Assembly (NCBI GenBank): GCA_964511305.1
Contig: CAZEEU010000001.1
Location: forward strand, 53,957-117,956
DNA length: 64,000 nt
From: an uncultured Gammaproteobacteria bacterium
GTDB taxonomy: Bacteria; Patescibacteriota; Microgenomatia; Levybacterales; GWA1-39-11
Direction: 5' to 3'
Positions 48,510-57,611 of this stretch are shown piece by piece (the first letter of the stretch is position 1; every line of letters begins with the position of its first letter). The notes under the pieces were generated by a model, which worked only from the letters and a program-made list of their open reading frames with translations, had not been told where the DNA came from and ran no database searches. A program made the position numbers and the translations under genes.

Positions 48510-50192
48510 TTACTTTGAGGGCTCTATGTTGTAATACTGAATTAACTCACGAGCTACGGCAAAGAAGATCGGAGCAGCAGTTTCGGCGCCGTAAATTGAT
48601 GATTTTGGCTTATGAACAACAACAAGCATTGTTATTCGTGGATTCTCAGCAGGGAAAAATCCGACAAATGAGGCGTTAGTATTGGTAGGATCATAATGTC
48701 CCTCAACCGGAATTTGTGCAGTACCAGTTTTGCCGGCAACATTGTAGCCCGCAATCTTTGCAAACTGCGACTCTCCCTTTTCAACGGCATTTACCATAAC
48801 CCATGTCATAACCTTTGCGCTTGCAGGGCTTACCGCTTGAGATATCATTTGCGGCTTCATTGTTATTGTCTCATTCTCGGGTGTTATGATCTTATCAACC
48901 ACCATAGGACGCATAACCTTTCCGTCGTTAGCAAGAGCATTGACAGCAGTTATCAACTCAATCGGTGTGACAGATATTCCTTGACCAAAGCTTGCAGTTG
49001 CAAGATCAATTGGTATCCATTTCTTCTCAGGTCTTATAGGTTCTGTAACTTCTCCCTGGATATCAATTCCTGTAAGATTTCCTATTCCAAATTTCTTTAA
49101 ATAAGAAGTAAAACGTTGTATACCCAACTTCTGTCCTACGTAGACCATTCCCGTATTATCAGAATGCTGTATAACATCAGTCATTGTGGTATTTGGATAA
49201 TATTGATCATTCCAGGTCTTAATCTTGTATCCGCCTAACTCCACGGGCCCTGCGCAGACAGGGCACTTTGTGTCTGGCTTAACAAGTCCGCTATCAATCC
49301 CTGCCGCCATGACTAGCACTTTAAATGTAGAACCCGGCTCATAGAGACTTGAAACAATTGGGCTTGTGTAATATTTTCCTTCATATTCCCAATACTTTTC
49401 AGGATCAAACTTTGGATAAGACGAAGTTGCCAAAATCTTTCCTGTTTTGGACTCCATAACAATTATTGTTGCTCCTTCAGCGTCATACTTTTTCAAGCCT
49501 TGTGAAAGGGCAGTATCTGCAATGTATTGCACAGAACGATCAACAGAGGTTATAAGCGTTCTACCATCAATTTTCTTATCTTCCCGTACGTCAGTTAAGA
49601 TTGGGTTCCCTAAGGCATCTTTTATAAGATAAATACTTCCAGGTCGCCCTTTTAATTGTCTGTCGTAATAACCTTCAAGACCAAAATATCCCTGATTTTC
49701 TCCATCCTGATTTTTACCTACAAAACCAATTAAATGGGCGGCCATAGAGGCTTCCGGATAGTCACGTTCTGTTTGCTGCTCAAAACCTACAGCTGGCAAC
49801 TTAAGAGCGTCAATTTGACTCTTCTGGTCATAGGAGAGCCTACTCTGAAGGCTCACCCAATATAGATTTTGATTTAGTCTTGCAGATATTGATGCTGCAT
49901 CAACTCCTAGTATCGGGGAAAGAAGCTGTCCATAGTGATCAAATGAATCAACCTTCTTTGGATTTACATAGAGAAGATAGCTTACTTTATTTGTTGCAAT
50001 AGGAAATTTATCCTGAAAAAGAACGTCTCCTCTTTTTGCTATTGAAGCAAGAGTTAACGTACTTTGCTCTCTGCCTTCACCTCTTAAGGTATCTGCTTTT
50101 ACGACTTGCCAATAAAATAGTCGTGCTACTATCACCAAAAAACAGATTAGAAATGAGACGAATATACTTGCGAGACGACGGTCTCTTTTCAT
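48510..50192 (-). CDS. ftsI: class B penicillin-binding protein / peptidoglycan D,D-transpeptidase FtsI
   Basis: N-terminal TM helix and dimerisation domain. Transpeptidase motifs STFK, SDN and KTGT. Confidence 0.85.
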   Translation of the reverse strand: MKRDRRLASIFVSFLICFLVIVARLFYWQVVKADTLRGEGREQSTLTLASIAKRGDVLFQDKFPIATNKVSYLLYVNPKKVDSFDHYGQLLSPILGVDAASISARLNQNLYWVSLQSRLSYDQKSQIDALKLPAVGFEQQTERDYPEASMAAHLIGFVGKNQDGENQGYFGLEGYYDRQLKGRPGSIYLIKDALGNPILTDVREDKKIDGRTLITSVDRSVQYIADTALSQGLKKYDAEGATIIVMESKTGKILATSSYPKFDPEKYWEYEGKYYTSPIVSSLYEPGSTFKVLVMAAGIDSGLVKPDTKCPVCAGPVELGGYKIKTWNDQYYPNTTMTDVIQHSDNTGMVYVGQKLGIQRFTSYLKKFGIGNLTGIDIQGEVTEPIRPEKKWIPIDLATASFGQGISVTPIELITAVNALANDGKVMRPMVVDKIITPENETITMKPQMISQAVSPASAKVMTWVMVNAVEKGESQFAKIAGYNVAGKTGTAQIPVEGHYDPTNTNASFVGFFPAENPRITMLVVVHKPKSSIYGAETAAPIFFAVARELIQYYNIEPSK

Positions 50193-50482
50193 TGGTTATA
50201 CGACAAGAATGACTTTCGAAGAGAAATATATGCTGGCCCTTCTACGAAGCCTAGGACTGCGGCTTTACCTGATATGACTTCAAATGAGGTCTGCGCAAGC
50301 ACCTTTGAATTGAGGATGTGATTCTCCTCATCAAGTTTGGCGATATTTGACTGAATCTTTTTTACCATAACACTATCTGATGCTAATTTTTGTGACAAAT
50401 GGATACTTAAAAGCTCAAGTCCAATAGTCAAAAGCAGAAGTACTGCAACTGGCAAATATAATTTTTTATGCATATTTCTCAA
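50189..50482 (-). CDS. FtsL-like small bitopic division protein
   Basis: About 95 aa with one TM helix and a coiled coil. Lies between rsmH and ftsI, overlapping both ends. An alternative start MHKKLYL at 50473 is possible. Confidence 0.45.
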   Translation of the reverse strand: MRNMHKKLYLPVAVLLLLTIGLELLSIHLSQKLASDSVMVKKIQSNIAKLDEENHILNSKVLAQTSFEVISGKAAVLGFVEGPAYISLRKSFLSYNQ

Positions 50483-51350
50483 ACACTCTAAGCTTTGCGC
50501 TCCTTGAGCGCCTATTTTTAATACTTTCTTGATACCCGGCTGTCAGTGGCTTTTTCGTAATGGCTACTCCTAAATTAAGTCTTCTAAAACGTTCAAAGAC
50601 TTGCTTCGTAATTCTGTCCTCTAAAGAATGGAACGAGATAACTGCAATCCTTCCTCCTGGTTTTAGCAAAGTAACCGAATCCTCAATTCCCTTTTTCGCT
50701 GCTTCGAGTTCTCCGTTAACTTCTATTCTTATTGCCTGAAAAACTCTTGTTGCTGGATGAATTGCCTCACTCTTATGCCCTACTCTTTCTATAATTGATG
50801 CTAATTCTTTGGTTGTCTCAATCTCCTTTTTTTTACGATGAAATGCTATTTCCTGTGCAATTTTTTTAGCATTATGTTCTTCCCCATACCTCACAAAAAT
50901 ATCGGTAAGTTCGTCTGGGGAATACTTATTTACAACCTCGTAAGCTGAAAGAGGGTTTTCTCTATCCATCCTCATGTCTAATTTCTCATCTTTCTTGATA
51001 CTAAATCCTCGTGCAGCCGCATCTAGTTGATAGCTTGAGACTCCAAGGTCAAATAATATTCCATCAACCGGTGCAAAATTATTGTTCTCAACCAAGGCTT
51101 TGATGTCTCTGAAATTTCCCTTTACCAACGTGAGCTTTTTTTCTTTTATAGCTGCTTTTTGGCTTTCACCTACATAATCCAATGCGTCTTGATCCTGATC
51201 GATTCCGAGAACAATCCCTCCATTTTGAATAATAAGCTTAGTATGCCCTCCGCCCCCAAGTGTTGCGTCTACAATTTTTCCTCCGGTTCTTACCTGAAGG
51301 GCATCTATAGTTTCTGTTAGTAATACGGGTGTATGTGAAAAGTTGTTCAT
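50466..51350 (-). CDS. rsmH: 16S rRNA (cytosine1402-N4)-methyltransferase
   Basis: N-terminus HTPVLLTETIDAL and SAM motif DATLGGGGHT. Confidence 0.9.
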   Translation of the reverse strand: MNNFSHTPVLLTETIDALQVRTGGKIVDATLGGGGHTKLIIQNGGIVLGIDQDQDALDYVGESQKAAIKEKKLTLVKGNFRDIKALVENNNFAPVDGILFDLGVSSYQLDAAARGFSIKKDEKLDMRMDRENPLSAYEVVNKYSPDELTDIFVRYGEEHNAKKIAQEIAFHRKKKEIETTKELASIIERVGHKSEAIHPATRVFQAIRIEVNGELEAAKKGIEDSVTLLKPGGRIAVISFHSLEDRITKQVFERFRRLNLGVAITKKPLTAGYQESIKNRRSRSAKLRVFEKYA

Positions 51351-51787
51351 TATTTTGTGATTTTTTGATAAGCCTTTTCGGCAGTCGTCCTTATTTGTAT
51401 TTGATTGAGAGCTCTGTAACTGTTGTATATTTCCTCATCCCATAACGATATGTGCCACAGACCTCCAACAAAGATTGCGTTCTTTCCAATTTTTGCGTGT
51501 TCTTTTAAGAATGGTGGGATGACAAATCGTCCCTCGCTATCCAATTCAACCTCAAATGTCCCTCCATATATGTATCTTTCAAGATCTCTTACTTCAGAGA
51601 GCAAGAAAGAATTTTCTTTGAAAATGTTAGTTGTAAATTTTTCCCATTCATTCTTTCCTAAAACCAAAAGCGAATTCTCAAACCAATTTGTTATAAAAAG
51701 TGAATCTCCGGTTAATTCCCTGAATTTAGATGGAAATGAAATCCTATTTTTATCTCTTAGTCTTACGCTGTATGAACCCAAAAACAT
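51350..51787 (-). CDS. mraZ: transcriptional regulator MraZ
   Basis: Two SpoVT/AbrB-like repeats (MFLGSYSVRLRDKNRISFP...). First gene of the dcw cluster. Confidence 0.85.
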   Translation of the reverse strand: MFLGSYSVRLRDKNRISFPSKFRELTGDSLFITNWFENSLLVLGKNEWEKFTTNIFKENSFLLSEVRDLERYIYGGTFEVELDSEGRFVIPPFLKEHAKIGKNAIFVGGLWHISLWDEEIYNSYRALNQIQIRTTAEKAYQKITK

Positions 51788-51821
51788 GAAGTCATTATAC
51801 TATATCTTTGGATATCATTTC

Positions 51822-51838
51822 CGCCACTAATCGCCACT
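51822..51838 (-). promoter_or_regulatory. putative MraZ operator: two direct AGTGGCG repeats with 10-bp periodicity in the mraZ leader
   Basis: Minus-strand aaAGTGGCGattAGTGGCGgaaa resembles GTGG-type MraZ boxes. It lies between the candidate promoter and the mraZ ATG. Confidence 0.35.
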
Positions 51839-51855
51839 TTTTAAGGTACTTACTA

Positions 51856-51884
51856 GTTTTACAGGACTTTTCACGCGGTGTCAA
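51856..51884 (-). promoter_or_regulatory. candidate dcw-cluster promoter (TTGACA-17 nt-TAAAAC) upstream of mraZ
   Basis: The minus-strand hexamers are read directly from the sequence. A second TATAAT sits 6 nt before the mraZ ATG. Confidence 0.3.
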
Positions 51885-51964
51885 GTGAGATTTTCATGCT
51901 ACTTGAGCTGAAAATCTTCTTATAAAACAAGCAAGATTTTTGAACCAATTTTCGTGAAATATAT

Positions 51965-51993
51965 TTGACATTCAACCTTAAGCCGAGTATAAA
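51965..51993 (+). promoter_or_regulatory. sigma70-like promoter TTGACA-17 nt-TATAAA, divergent from mraZ, driving a leaderless ORF at 52000
   Basis: Consensus -35 and a near-consensus -10 with a 17 nt spacer. The -10 ends 6 nt before the ATG. Confidence 0.4.
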
Positions 51994-51999
51994 TGGGGC

Positions 52000-52368
52000 A
52001 TGTTAAATGTCGATGCCTCTGAACCACTATCGCCTGAAGAGGCGCTTTACACAAATGCGCTTGGAATTCTCAATGCTGAGGGAAGGCAGATAGGAGAAAG
52101 AAATCTAAATTGTAAGGTTCCAATACCTGAAAGTGACGCAATACTAGTACTTCAGGTCAAAGAACGCGATATGCACGGAAGTTCGATAGTCAGAGTTTTA
52201 CAAAAAGGAAAAGCTGAATTTATAAATATACAGGCCGACGGGTCAACGATTGAATTTGAGCTAGGTAATGGAGGCTTCAGGCTCAGTCCTGCAACGCCGT
52301 CTCTAATTGGTGAAATGTCTGCTTTGGTGGGTGCGGCTTCTGAAAAATTATTCGGAGATAAGGTCTAG
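52000..52368 (+). CDS. hypothetical protein (122 aa), probably translated from a leaderless mRNA
   Basis: ORF directly behind a strong promoter. No recognisable family. Confidence 0.4.
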   Translation: MLNVDASEPLSPEEALYTNALGILNAEGRQIGERNLNCKVPIPESDAILVLQVKERDMHGSSIVRVLQKGKAEFINIQADGSTIEFELGNGGFRLSPATPSLIGEMSALVGAASEKLFGDKV

Positions 52369-52836
52369 ATCTTTCTTCACGATTCCTGTTTGGCCATCTT
52401 TCAAATTAAGCCTTATTATAAAAGATATTTTCTTAACCCCTTTATCGTATTTACACTTACCAGCGCTACAAGTACCAATTGTTATTGATCTCTTAATTGA
52501 AGTTTCGCCTGGATTTATTTCACCTGATCCAATTGCTCCTCTTGGAACGACTTCACCCTCAACTTCAGCATCATAATTCATTTCATATTCAAAGGAATTA
52601 AATTTGCTTACGTCAGTTATCTCCATAACAACTTCAGTCGCGTCAGCACTTGGTGAAAGCTTAAGTCCAATATCTTCAGGCTTTATGGTTACAGCCTGCT
52701 CCTCAACAGACTCTGGAGTTCCAGCCTGCTCAGCCTTCTTAGAGTTATTAAAGAAAATAAAACCTACTATAGCAACAACAATAACTACAGCTCCAATACC
52801 AAGAAGCGCTAACTTATTTTGCATGAGATTTTTCAT
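52348..52836 (-). CDS. hypothetical membrane-anchored protein (162 aa) with CSAGKC pair
   Basis: N-terminal TM helix, an acidic extracytoplasmic region, and a TCSAGKCK Cys pair. Convergent with the previous ORF and overlapping it by 21 nt. Confidence 0.4.
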   Translation of the reverse strand: MKNLMQNKLALLGIGAVVIVVAIVGFIFFNNSKKAEQAGTPESVEEQAVTIKPEDIGLKLSPSADATEVVMEITDVSKFNSFEYEMNYDAEVEGEVVPRGAIGSGEINPGETSIKRSITIGTCSAGKCKYDKGVKKISFIIRLNLKDGQTGIVKKDLDLISE

Positions 52837-52871
52837 TTCTAATCAATTCTAACAGTAGGAAAAAACCTAAG

Positions 52872-54326
52872 TCAAGCTATCAGCTTTTGAGCGAGAAAAT
52901 CACGAAGTGCACTTACTTTAATGCGTTGCTGCTCCATAGTATCGCGGTCTCTTATAGTCACTGTATCATCCTCCAGACTATCAAAATCTACAGTTATGCA
53001 GTATGGAGTTCCAATTTCGTCTTGTGCCAAATATCTCTTACCAATATTTCCGCGTGAGTCGAAATTGACATAAAAGCTCTGTGAAAGATCGTTGTAGATT
53101 TCCTCTGCCTTTGCCATAAGTTCTGGCTTATTGGCAAGCAATGGAAAAATCGCTGCTTTGAATGGGGCAAGTTTTGGAGAAAGCTTCAAAACAGTCCTAT
53201 TCTCCTCCTCCACATATGCGTCTGCCAAAGCCATAAGAAATATTCTATTTATTCCAACAGCAGGCTCAATAACGTGCGGAAGGACCTTATTCCCAGTCTG
53301 GCTATCAACTACCTTTAGGTCTTTACCAGAACCCTTTTCGTGCTGAGAAAGATCATAGTCAGTTCTGTAGGCAAGTCCCCACAATTCCTTAAAACCAAAT
53401 GGAAATTTATACTCAAGATCTTCTGTTCTCTTGCTATAAAAAGAGCGCTCTTCGTCGGTATGCTCACGCCATCTAAGATTTTCAGATCTAATCCCAATTG
53501 TTTTTGTAACAAATTCCCACATAGACTTCTTCCAGCCTTCAAATAACTCTTCCCAATCTGATTCTTTTGGATCAAAGAAGTATTCTATTTCTCCCTGCTC
53601 GAATTCAAGAGTTCTAAATACAGAATTTCCCGGGGTTATCTCATTTCTAAAACTTTTTCCAAGCTGCGCTATTCCAAAAGGAAGCTTAACTCTATTTGAC
53701 TCCAAAACATTTTTAAAATTAATGAACATTCCCTGCGCTGTTTCTCCCCGCAAATACGCAAGACTTTGATCCCCCTCAACAATACCCATATGTACGGGGA
53801 ATAAGAGGTTAAATTTTCTTATATTTGTCCAGTCAAGCTTTCCGCAATTTGGACAATGCAACTTAAAGACATTAACAAACTCATCCATTTTTGCCTCATT
53901 CCACCCCTCAACCTTGAGTGAAGATAAAGCATCAGCTAATTCTTTCTTGCTGATTTTTTCTGTCTTAACAGATTCAGTAGTAGCATTTTTTGCATTTTTT
54001 TCAAGCCAGTCCTCGATTAAATGATCTGCCCTCATCCTAAGCTTACAGTTCTTGCAATCAATCAGAGCATCCGCAAAACCGGCCGTATGACCTGAAGACT
54101 TCCAAACCTCCTGATGAGAAATAAGAGAAGCATCAAGGCCTACTATATCGCGTCTCCTATGAACAAAATTCTCCCACCATAGAGTCCTGACGTTGCGCAT
54201 TAACTCCGCGCCAACTGGTCCGTAGTCATATGTATTTGCAACCCCCCCATATATTTCAGATCCGGGATATATAAAACCACGACGCTTCGCAAGAGCAACA
54301 ATTTTTTGTAGGGAATTATTTTCCAT
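52872..54326 (-). CDS. glyS: glycyl-tRNA synthetase, alpha2 (eukaryote/archaeal) type
   Basis: N-terminus RRGFIYPGSEIYGGVANTYDYGPVG. Class II motifs and a C-terminal anticodon-binding domain. Confidence 0.9.
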   Translation of the reverse strand: MENNSLQKIVALAKRRGFIYPGSEIYGGVANTYDYGPVGAELMRNVRTLWWENFVHRRRDIVGLDASLISHQEVWKSSGHTAGFADALIDCKNCKLRMRADHLIEDWLEKNAKNATTESVKTEKISKKELADALSSLKVEGWNEAKMDEFVNVFKLHCPNCGKLDWTNIRKFNLLFPVHMGIVEGDQSLAYLRGETAQGMFINFKNVLESNRVKLPFGIAQLGKSFRNEITPGNSVFRTLEFEQGEIEYFFDPKESDWEELFEGWKKSMWEFVTKTIGIRSENLRWREHTDEERSFYSKRTEDLEYKFPFGFKELWGLAYRTDYDLSQHEKGSGKDLKVVDSQTGNKVLPHVIEPAVGINRIFLMALADAYVEEENRTVLKLSPKLAPFKAAIFPLLANKPELMAKAEEIYNDLSQSFYVNFDSRGNIGKRYLAQDEIGTPYCITVDFDSLEDDTVTIRDRDTMEQQRIKVSALRDFLAQKLIA

Positions 54327-54353
54327 TTGAGGCTATTGTATCACAGAAACACT

Positions 54354-54938
54354 TTAGGAGAAATTACCAATTATGCGAGATTTCATCTTTCGCTCAATTA
54401 GACTTTCTATAAATAGGCGAGATTCTTCTTCGGTATTAAATTTCTTCTCAACGTTCCAGTATCCCAGGGTTGAGAGTATTTGGGTCTCAAATTCCAAAAG
54501 TGCCTCATCGCTATGTGCGCCTCTTTTTAAGAAAGTTACAACAATCGAAAAAAGCTCAGGACTTACTTGACCATGAGGACATAGATTATCGATCAACTCA
54601 CATACAAAAAAGGCTATTTCGCATTGCTTAAGGTCAGCCTTTCTTCCTTCGTATGAGTCAACTAGCTCTACCTCCGTAAGAATAAAATTTTTGGAAGTCT
54701 TTACTGAATGAAAACGTACTAAATTAAGAAGCTCTATGTGCGATGATCTTTTGCTGGTAATTTTTCTGACCCCTTTTGCCAAAACCTCTACCTTGCCATT
54801 ATTTTGAGTAAAAATAGTAACAAATCTATCTGCTTCGCCTAGATTGACACGGCGAATAACAAAACCAATATCGTGAAGGTATGTCATATAGAAACTAGAA
54901 TCCTGAAAGGTTGAGCTTTTTATCAGCTCTGAGGTCAA
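54354..54938 (-). CDS. recO: DNA repair protein RecO (short form)
   Basis: N-terminal OB-fold pattern GFVIRRVNLGEADRFVTIFTQNNGKVEVLAKGVRK..SKRS. The likely start is the internal MTYLHD. Confidence 0.65.
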   Translation of the reverse strand: MTSELIKSSTFQDSSFYMTYLHDIGFVIRRVNLGEADRFVTIFTQNNGKVEVLAKGVRKITSKRSSHIELLNLVRFHSVKTSKNFILTEVELVDSYEGRKADLKQCEIAFFVCELIDNLCPHGQVSPELFSIVVTFLKRGAHSDEALLEFETQILSTLGYWNVEKKFNTEEESRLFIESLIERKMKSRIIGNFS

Positions 54939-56847
54939 AGGTTTCAGACTTCTTACCGTTTACTGTAATTGCTGTTGGAATATTATCTACGCCTGGCTGC
55001 TTCTGTATATAAACAGGAAGTGTATTGTCAGTTGTCTTGAAAGGCAACGTGTACTCGTAGGTCATTGAAGCTTTTCCAAGTGGATTTACTGTAAAAAATG
55101 CGTCAAATACAGTCTTGCCAAGATCTTCAGACGTACCAACCTTTACTTGAGAGCCTTTAGAAGTATCCAAAACGCTTCCCTTTGGAACTAAAATTCTCTG
55201 ATAGTTACGAAGAGTTGCATTCAAACAAAGTCCTCCTCGTTCTAAATTACAATCTGAGTAAGGCATAGGGTTCTTATATTCAATTGTAACTTTCTTTTTA
55301 ATCTCTCCATTATTGACTGTGTAGTCGATAGTTAGTGTCTTTTTAACAAAGAGGTTTGATTTTTGTCCTCCAAAATTAGCATCATTTATATACATGTAGT
55401 CTCCATTAAAGTCGCTTACTCGACCCGCCCAATTAAGTGCCTCTATGCCCTTCTGTGCTTCCTTATCATATAAATGGAACATTATATTTTTTTCATTAGC
55501 ATCAACTATAAATTGTTGGAAAAGTTGACCCCAATAAAGCTTAGGTGAAGACTTAAGAGCCTTATCAAGAGTTGCAAACATTAGATCTCCAATAAGACCT
55601 TTTCTATTCGTCTTAACGTAATTTACCGGACGTGAGATTTCATTTTCAAGTGTATATACAACTGATGGACAATTACATTTCGGTTCATTATCGGCAGTAA
55701 ATTTAAGACCGGACGCATCTACTTCGCCAAGAATTCTTATAATATTGACAAAAAAGTGCGTATTGATTGCAATAATTCCATCAACATCATTCTTCAGAGA
55801 AGATTTTTCATAAAGGGATTCAAAATCTTTCATAGCAACCACAAAGTCAGGGGAAAGGTTGCTATCTCGGATAAATGCGCTTTTAACACTTGGGAAGTAT
55901 TGTTTAATGATTGCAGAAGGTGCAGGGTGTGAAGAAATACTGTTATCTAAATTGTAGATGTCTGAAGAACTGTCTACCTTGATATCTCCCTCTTCTACTC
56001 TAAAAATAGCATAATAGGTCAAAAATCCTCCGGTTGGTCTCAACTCAGCATCATTTTGAAATAATAATAGATATTTCTTTCCTTCTTTTTCTCCCAAAAG
56101 TGAAGGCAAAGATTTAATAAGAGGCTTTCCCTGACCAACCGCAATAACTGCACCATTGGTGATATCTTTTACTTGCTGTAACTGCTCGCGAACTTTCTTT
56201 AATTTTCCAATGGGAGGATAGTGAGCTGGGTCAACTTGATCAATTTCTTTTTGAGCACTCACCAATTCTTTTTCGATATTGTCTATCTGAGGAACAACTT
56301 TACCCATAGTCTGGACAGCAGTTCTTATCCTATCCTGAGCTGTACCTCCTGTGAAAGTGCCTTTCCCTTTAAGACCGAGCACATCAACATAAGGAATAAG
56401 TGCATCAGCACCAATAATACCTGCATTAATTCCGTAGGTAGATGCTTTAACTAAATGGTCTACGTCATTAAAGTAACCATTTGCGAGTGGAACAAATTTA
56501 AGAAAAGCCAATCCTTGAAGTTCTTTTTCCAGGCTTGCTACTTCAATCTTTGTCTTTGCCAATTCCTCTCTACCCCCAGCAATGTCTTGAGTCTTCAATT
56601 TTGCGAAAGCAACACTTGCCTGAACCTTAGTCTTCATTGCCTGCTTATAAACCCCGAACGTCTTAAATCCCACAAACGCACCAACGATAATAAGAATGGC
56701 AAGAACTATACCGCCACCCATCAGGAGTTTTTTATTTTTAAAAGCGAACTTTTTTTTCTTTCTCATAACTCGATCTTCCATCGGCGCAGGTGTTACTGCG
56801 TCTTCTCGTGAATTTAAATCAATTTTCTGAAATCCCTTATCTTCCAT
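54895..56847 (-). CDS. DUF4012-family envelope protein with N-terminal TM anchor
   Basis: LLLFQNDAELRPTGGFLTYYAIFRVEEG, as in DUF4012 proteins. 650 aa, coiled-coil N-terminal region. Confidence 0.55.
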   Translation of the reverse strand: MEDKGFQKIDLNSREDAVTPAPMEDRVMRKKKKFAFKNKKLLMGGGIVLAILIIVGAFVGFKTFGVYKQAMKTKVQASVAFAKLKTQDIAGGREELAKTKIEVASLEKELQGLAFLKFVPLANGYFNDVDHLVKASTYGINAGIIGADALIPYVDVLGLKGKGTFTGGTAQDRIRTAVQTMGKVVPQIDNIEKELVSAQKEIDQVDPAHYPPIGKLKKVREQLQQVKDITNGAVIAVGQGKPLIKSLPSLLGEKEGKKYLLLFQNDAELRPTGGFLTYYAIFRVEEGDIKVDSSSDIYNLDNSISSHPAPSAIIKQYFPSVKSAFIRDSNLSPDFVVAMKDFESLYEKSSLKNDVDGIIAINTHFFVNIIRILGEVDASGLKFTADNEPKCNCPSVVYTLENEISRPVNYVKTNRKGLIGDLMFATLDKALKSSPKLYWGQLFQQFIVDANEKNIMFHLYDKEAQKGIEALNWAGRVSDFNGDYMYINDANFGGQKSNLFVKKTLTIDYTVNNGEIKKKVTIEYKNPMPYSDCNLERGGLCLNATLRNYQRILVPKGSVLDTSKGSQVKVGTSEDLGKTVFDAFFTVNPLGKASMTYEYTLPFKTTDNTLPVYIQKQPGVDNIPTAITVNGKKSETFDLRADKKLNLSGF

Positions 56848-56970
56848 GCTTATTAAAATACAGTTAATTTAAACATATTTTGAAAGTTGATTGCAAGGCA
56901 AGGGTGTTATCATGAAGCACACAGATTCAAGCTATTATAACGCTTCAAGCAACTAAAGTCATTTATTGCA

Positions 56971-57609
56971 TCACATGGCCCCTTTTCCAGAGAACATTGC
57001 TTTGGGTGTTTTTAGGATAAGAATAATGTCATAGATGATAGAACGCTTCTTTGCATAGTGTGCATCAAGTTGTATTCTTTTATCAAAATTTATATCGCTC
57101 CTACCTGAAACTTGCCAAACGCCCGTTATGCCAGGTTTTACGGAAAGCACAATTTTTACAGCATCCCGAGTATGTGGGTATTTTTTCTGCTGGTCACGAA
57201 GTTCGTCTTGATAATAAGCTCTCGGACCTACAACACTCATATCTCCCCGCAATACATTTACAAATTGAGGGATCTCATCAAGAGAATATTTTCGTATAAA
57301 TCTACCTACAGGAGTTATTCTTGGGTCACCCTTAAGCTTGTACCCTCCCTTTTTGTATTCGTCCAAAAGACTCTTGTATTTAGGATCAGAAGTTAACATT
57401 CCGTGTGCATTTGCCACCATCGAGCGAAATTTATACATTCTAAAAGAGTCTCCCCCTTCACCAACGCGAGGTGGAGTATCGGCAAGTAGTGGACCTTTTG
57501 TATTGATCTTGATTGCTATAGCTGTAAGAAGAATAACGGGGGAGAATATTATAAGTGCAACCACCGAGATAAGAATATCAAGCAGGCGTTTTGACACATC
57601 ATACATCAT
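56971..57609 (-). CDS. polyprenyl-phosphate sugar-1-phosphate transferase (PglC/WbaP small type, Bac_transf)
   Basis: KRLLDILISVVALIIFSP...KFRSM...DPRITPVGRFIRKYSLDEIPQFVNVLRGDMSVVGPRA. Confidence 0.85.
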   Translation of the reverse strand: MMYDVSKRLLDILISVVALIIFSPVILLTAIAIKINTKGPLLADTPPRVGEGGDSFRMYKFRSMVANAHGMLTSDPKYKSLLDEYKKGGYKLKGDPRITPVGRFIRKYSLDEIPQFVNVLRGDMSVVGPRAYYQDELRDQQKKYPHTRDAVKIVLSVKPGITGVWQVSGRSDINFDKRIQLDAHYAKKRSIIYDIILILKTPKAMFSGKGAM

Positions 57610-57611
57610 AA

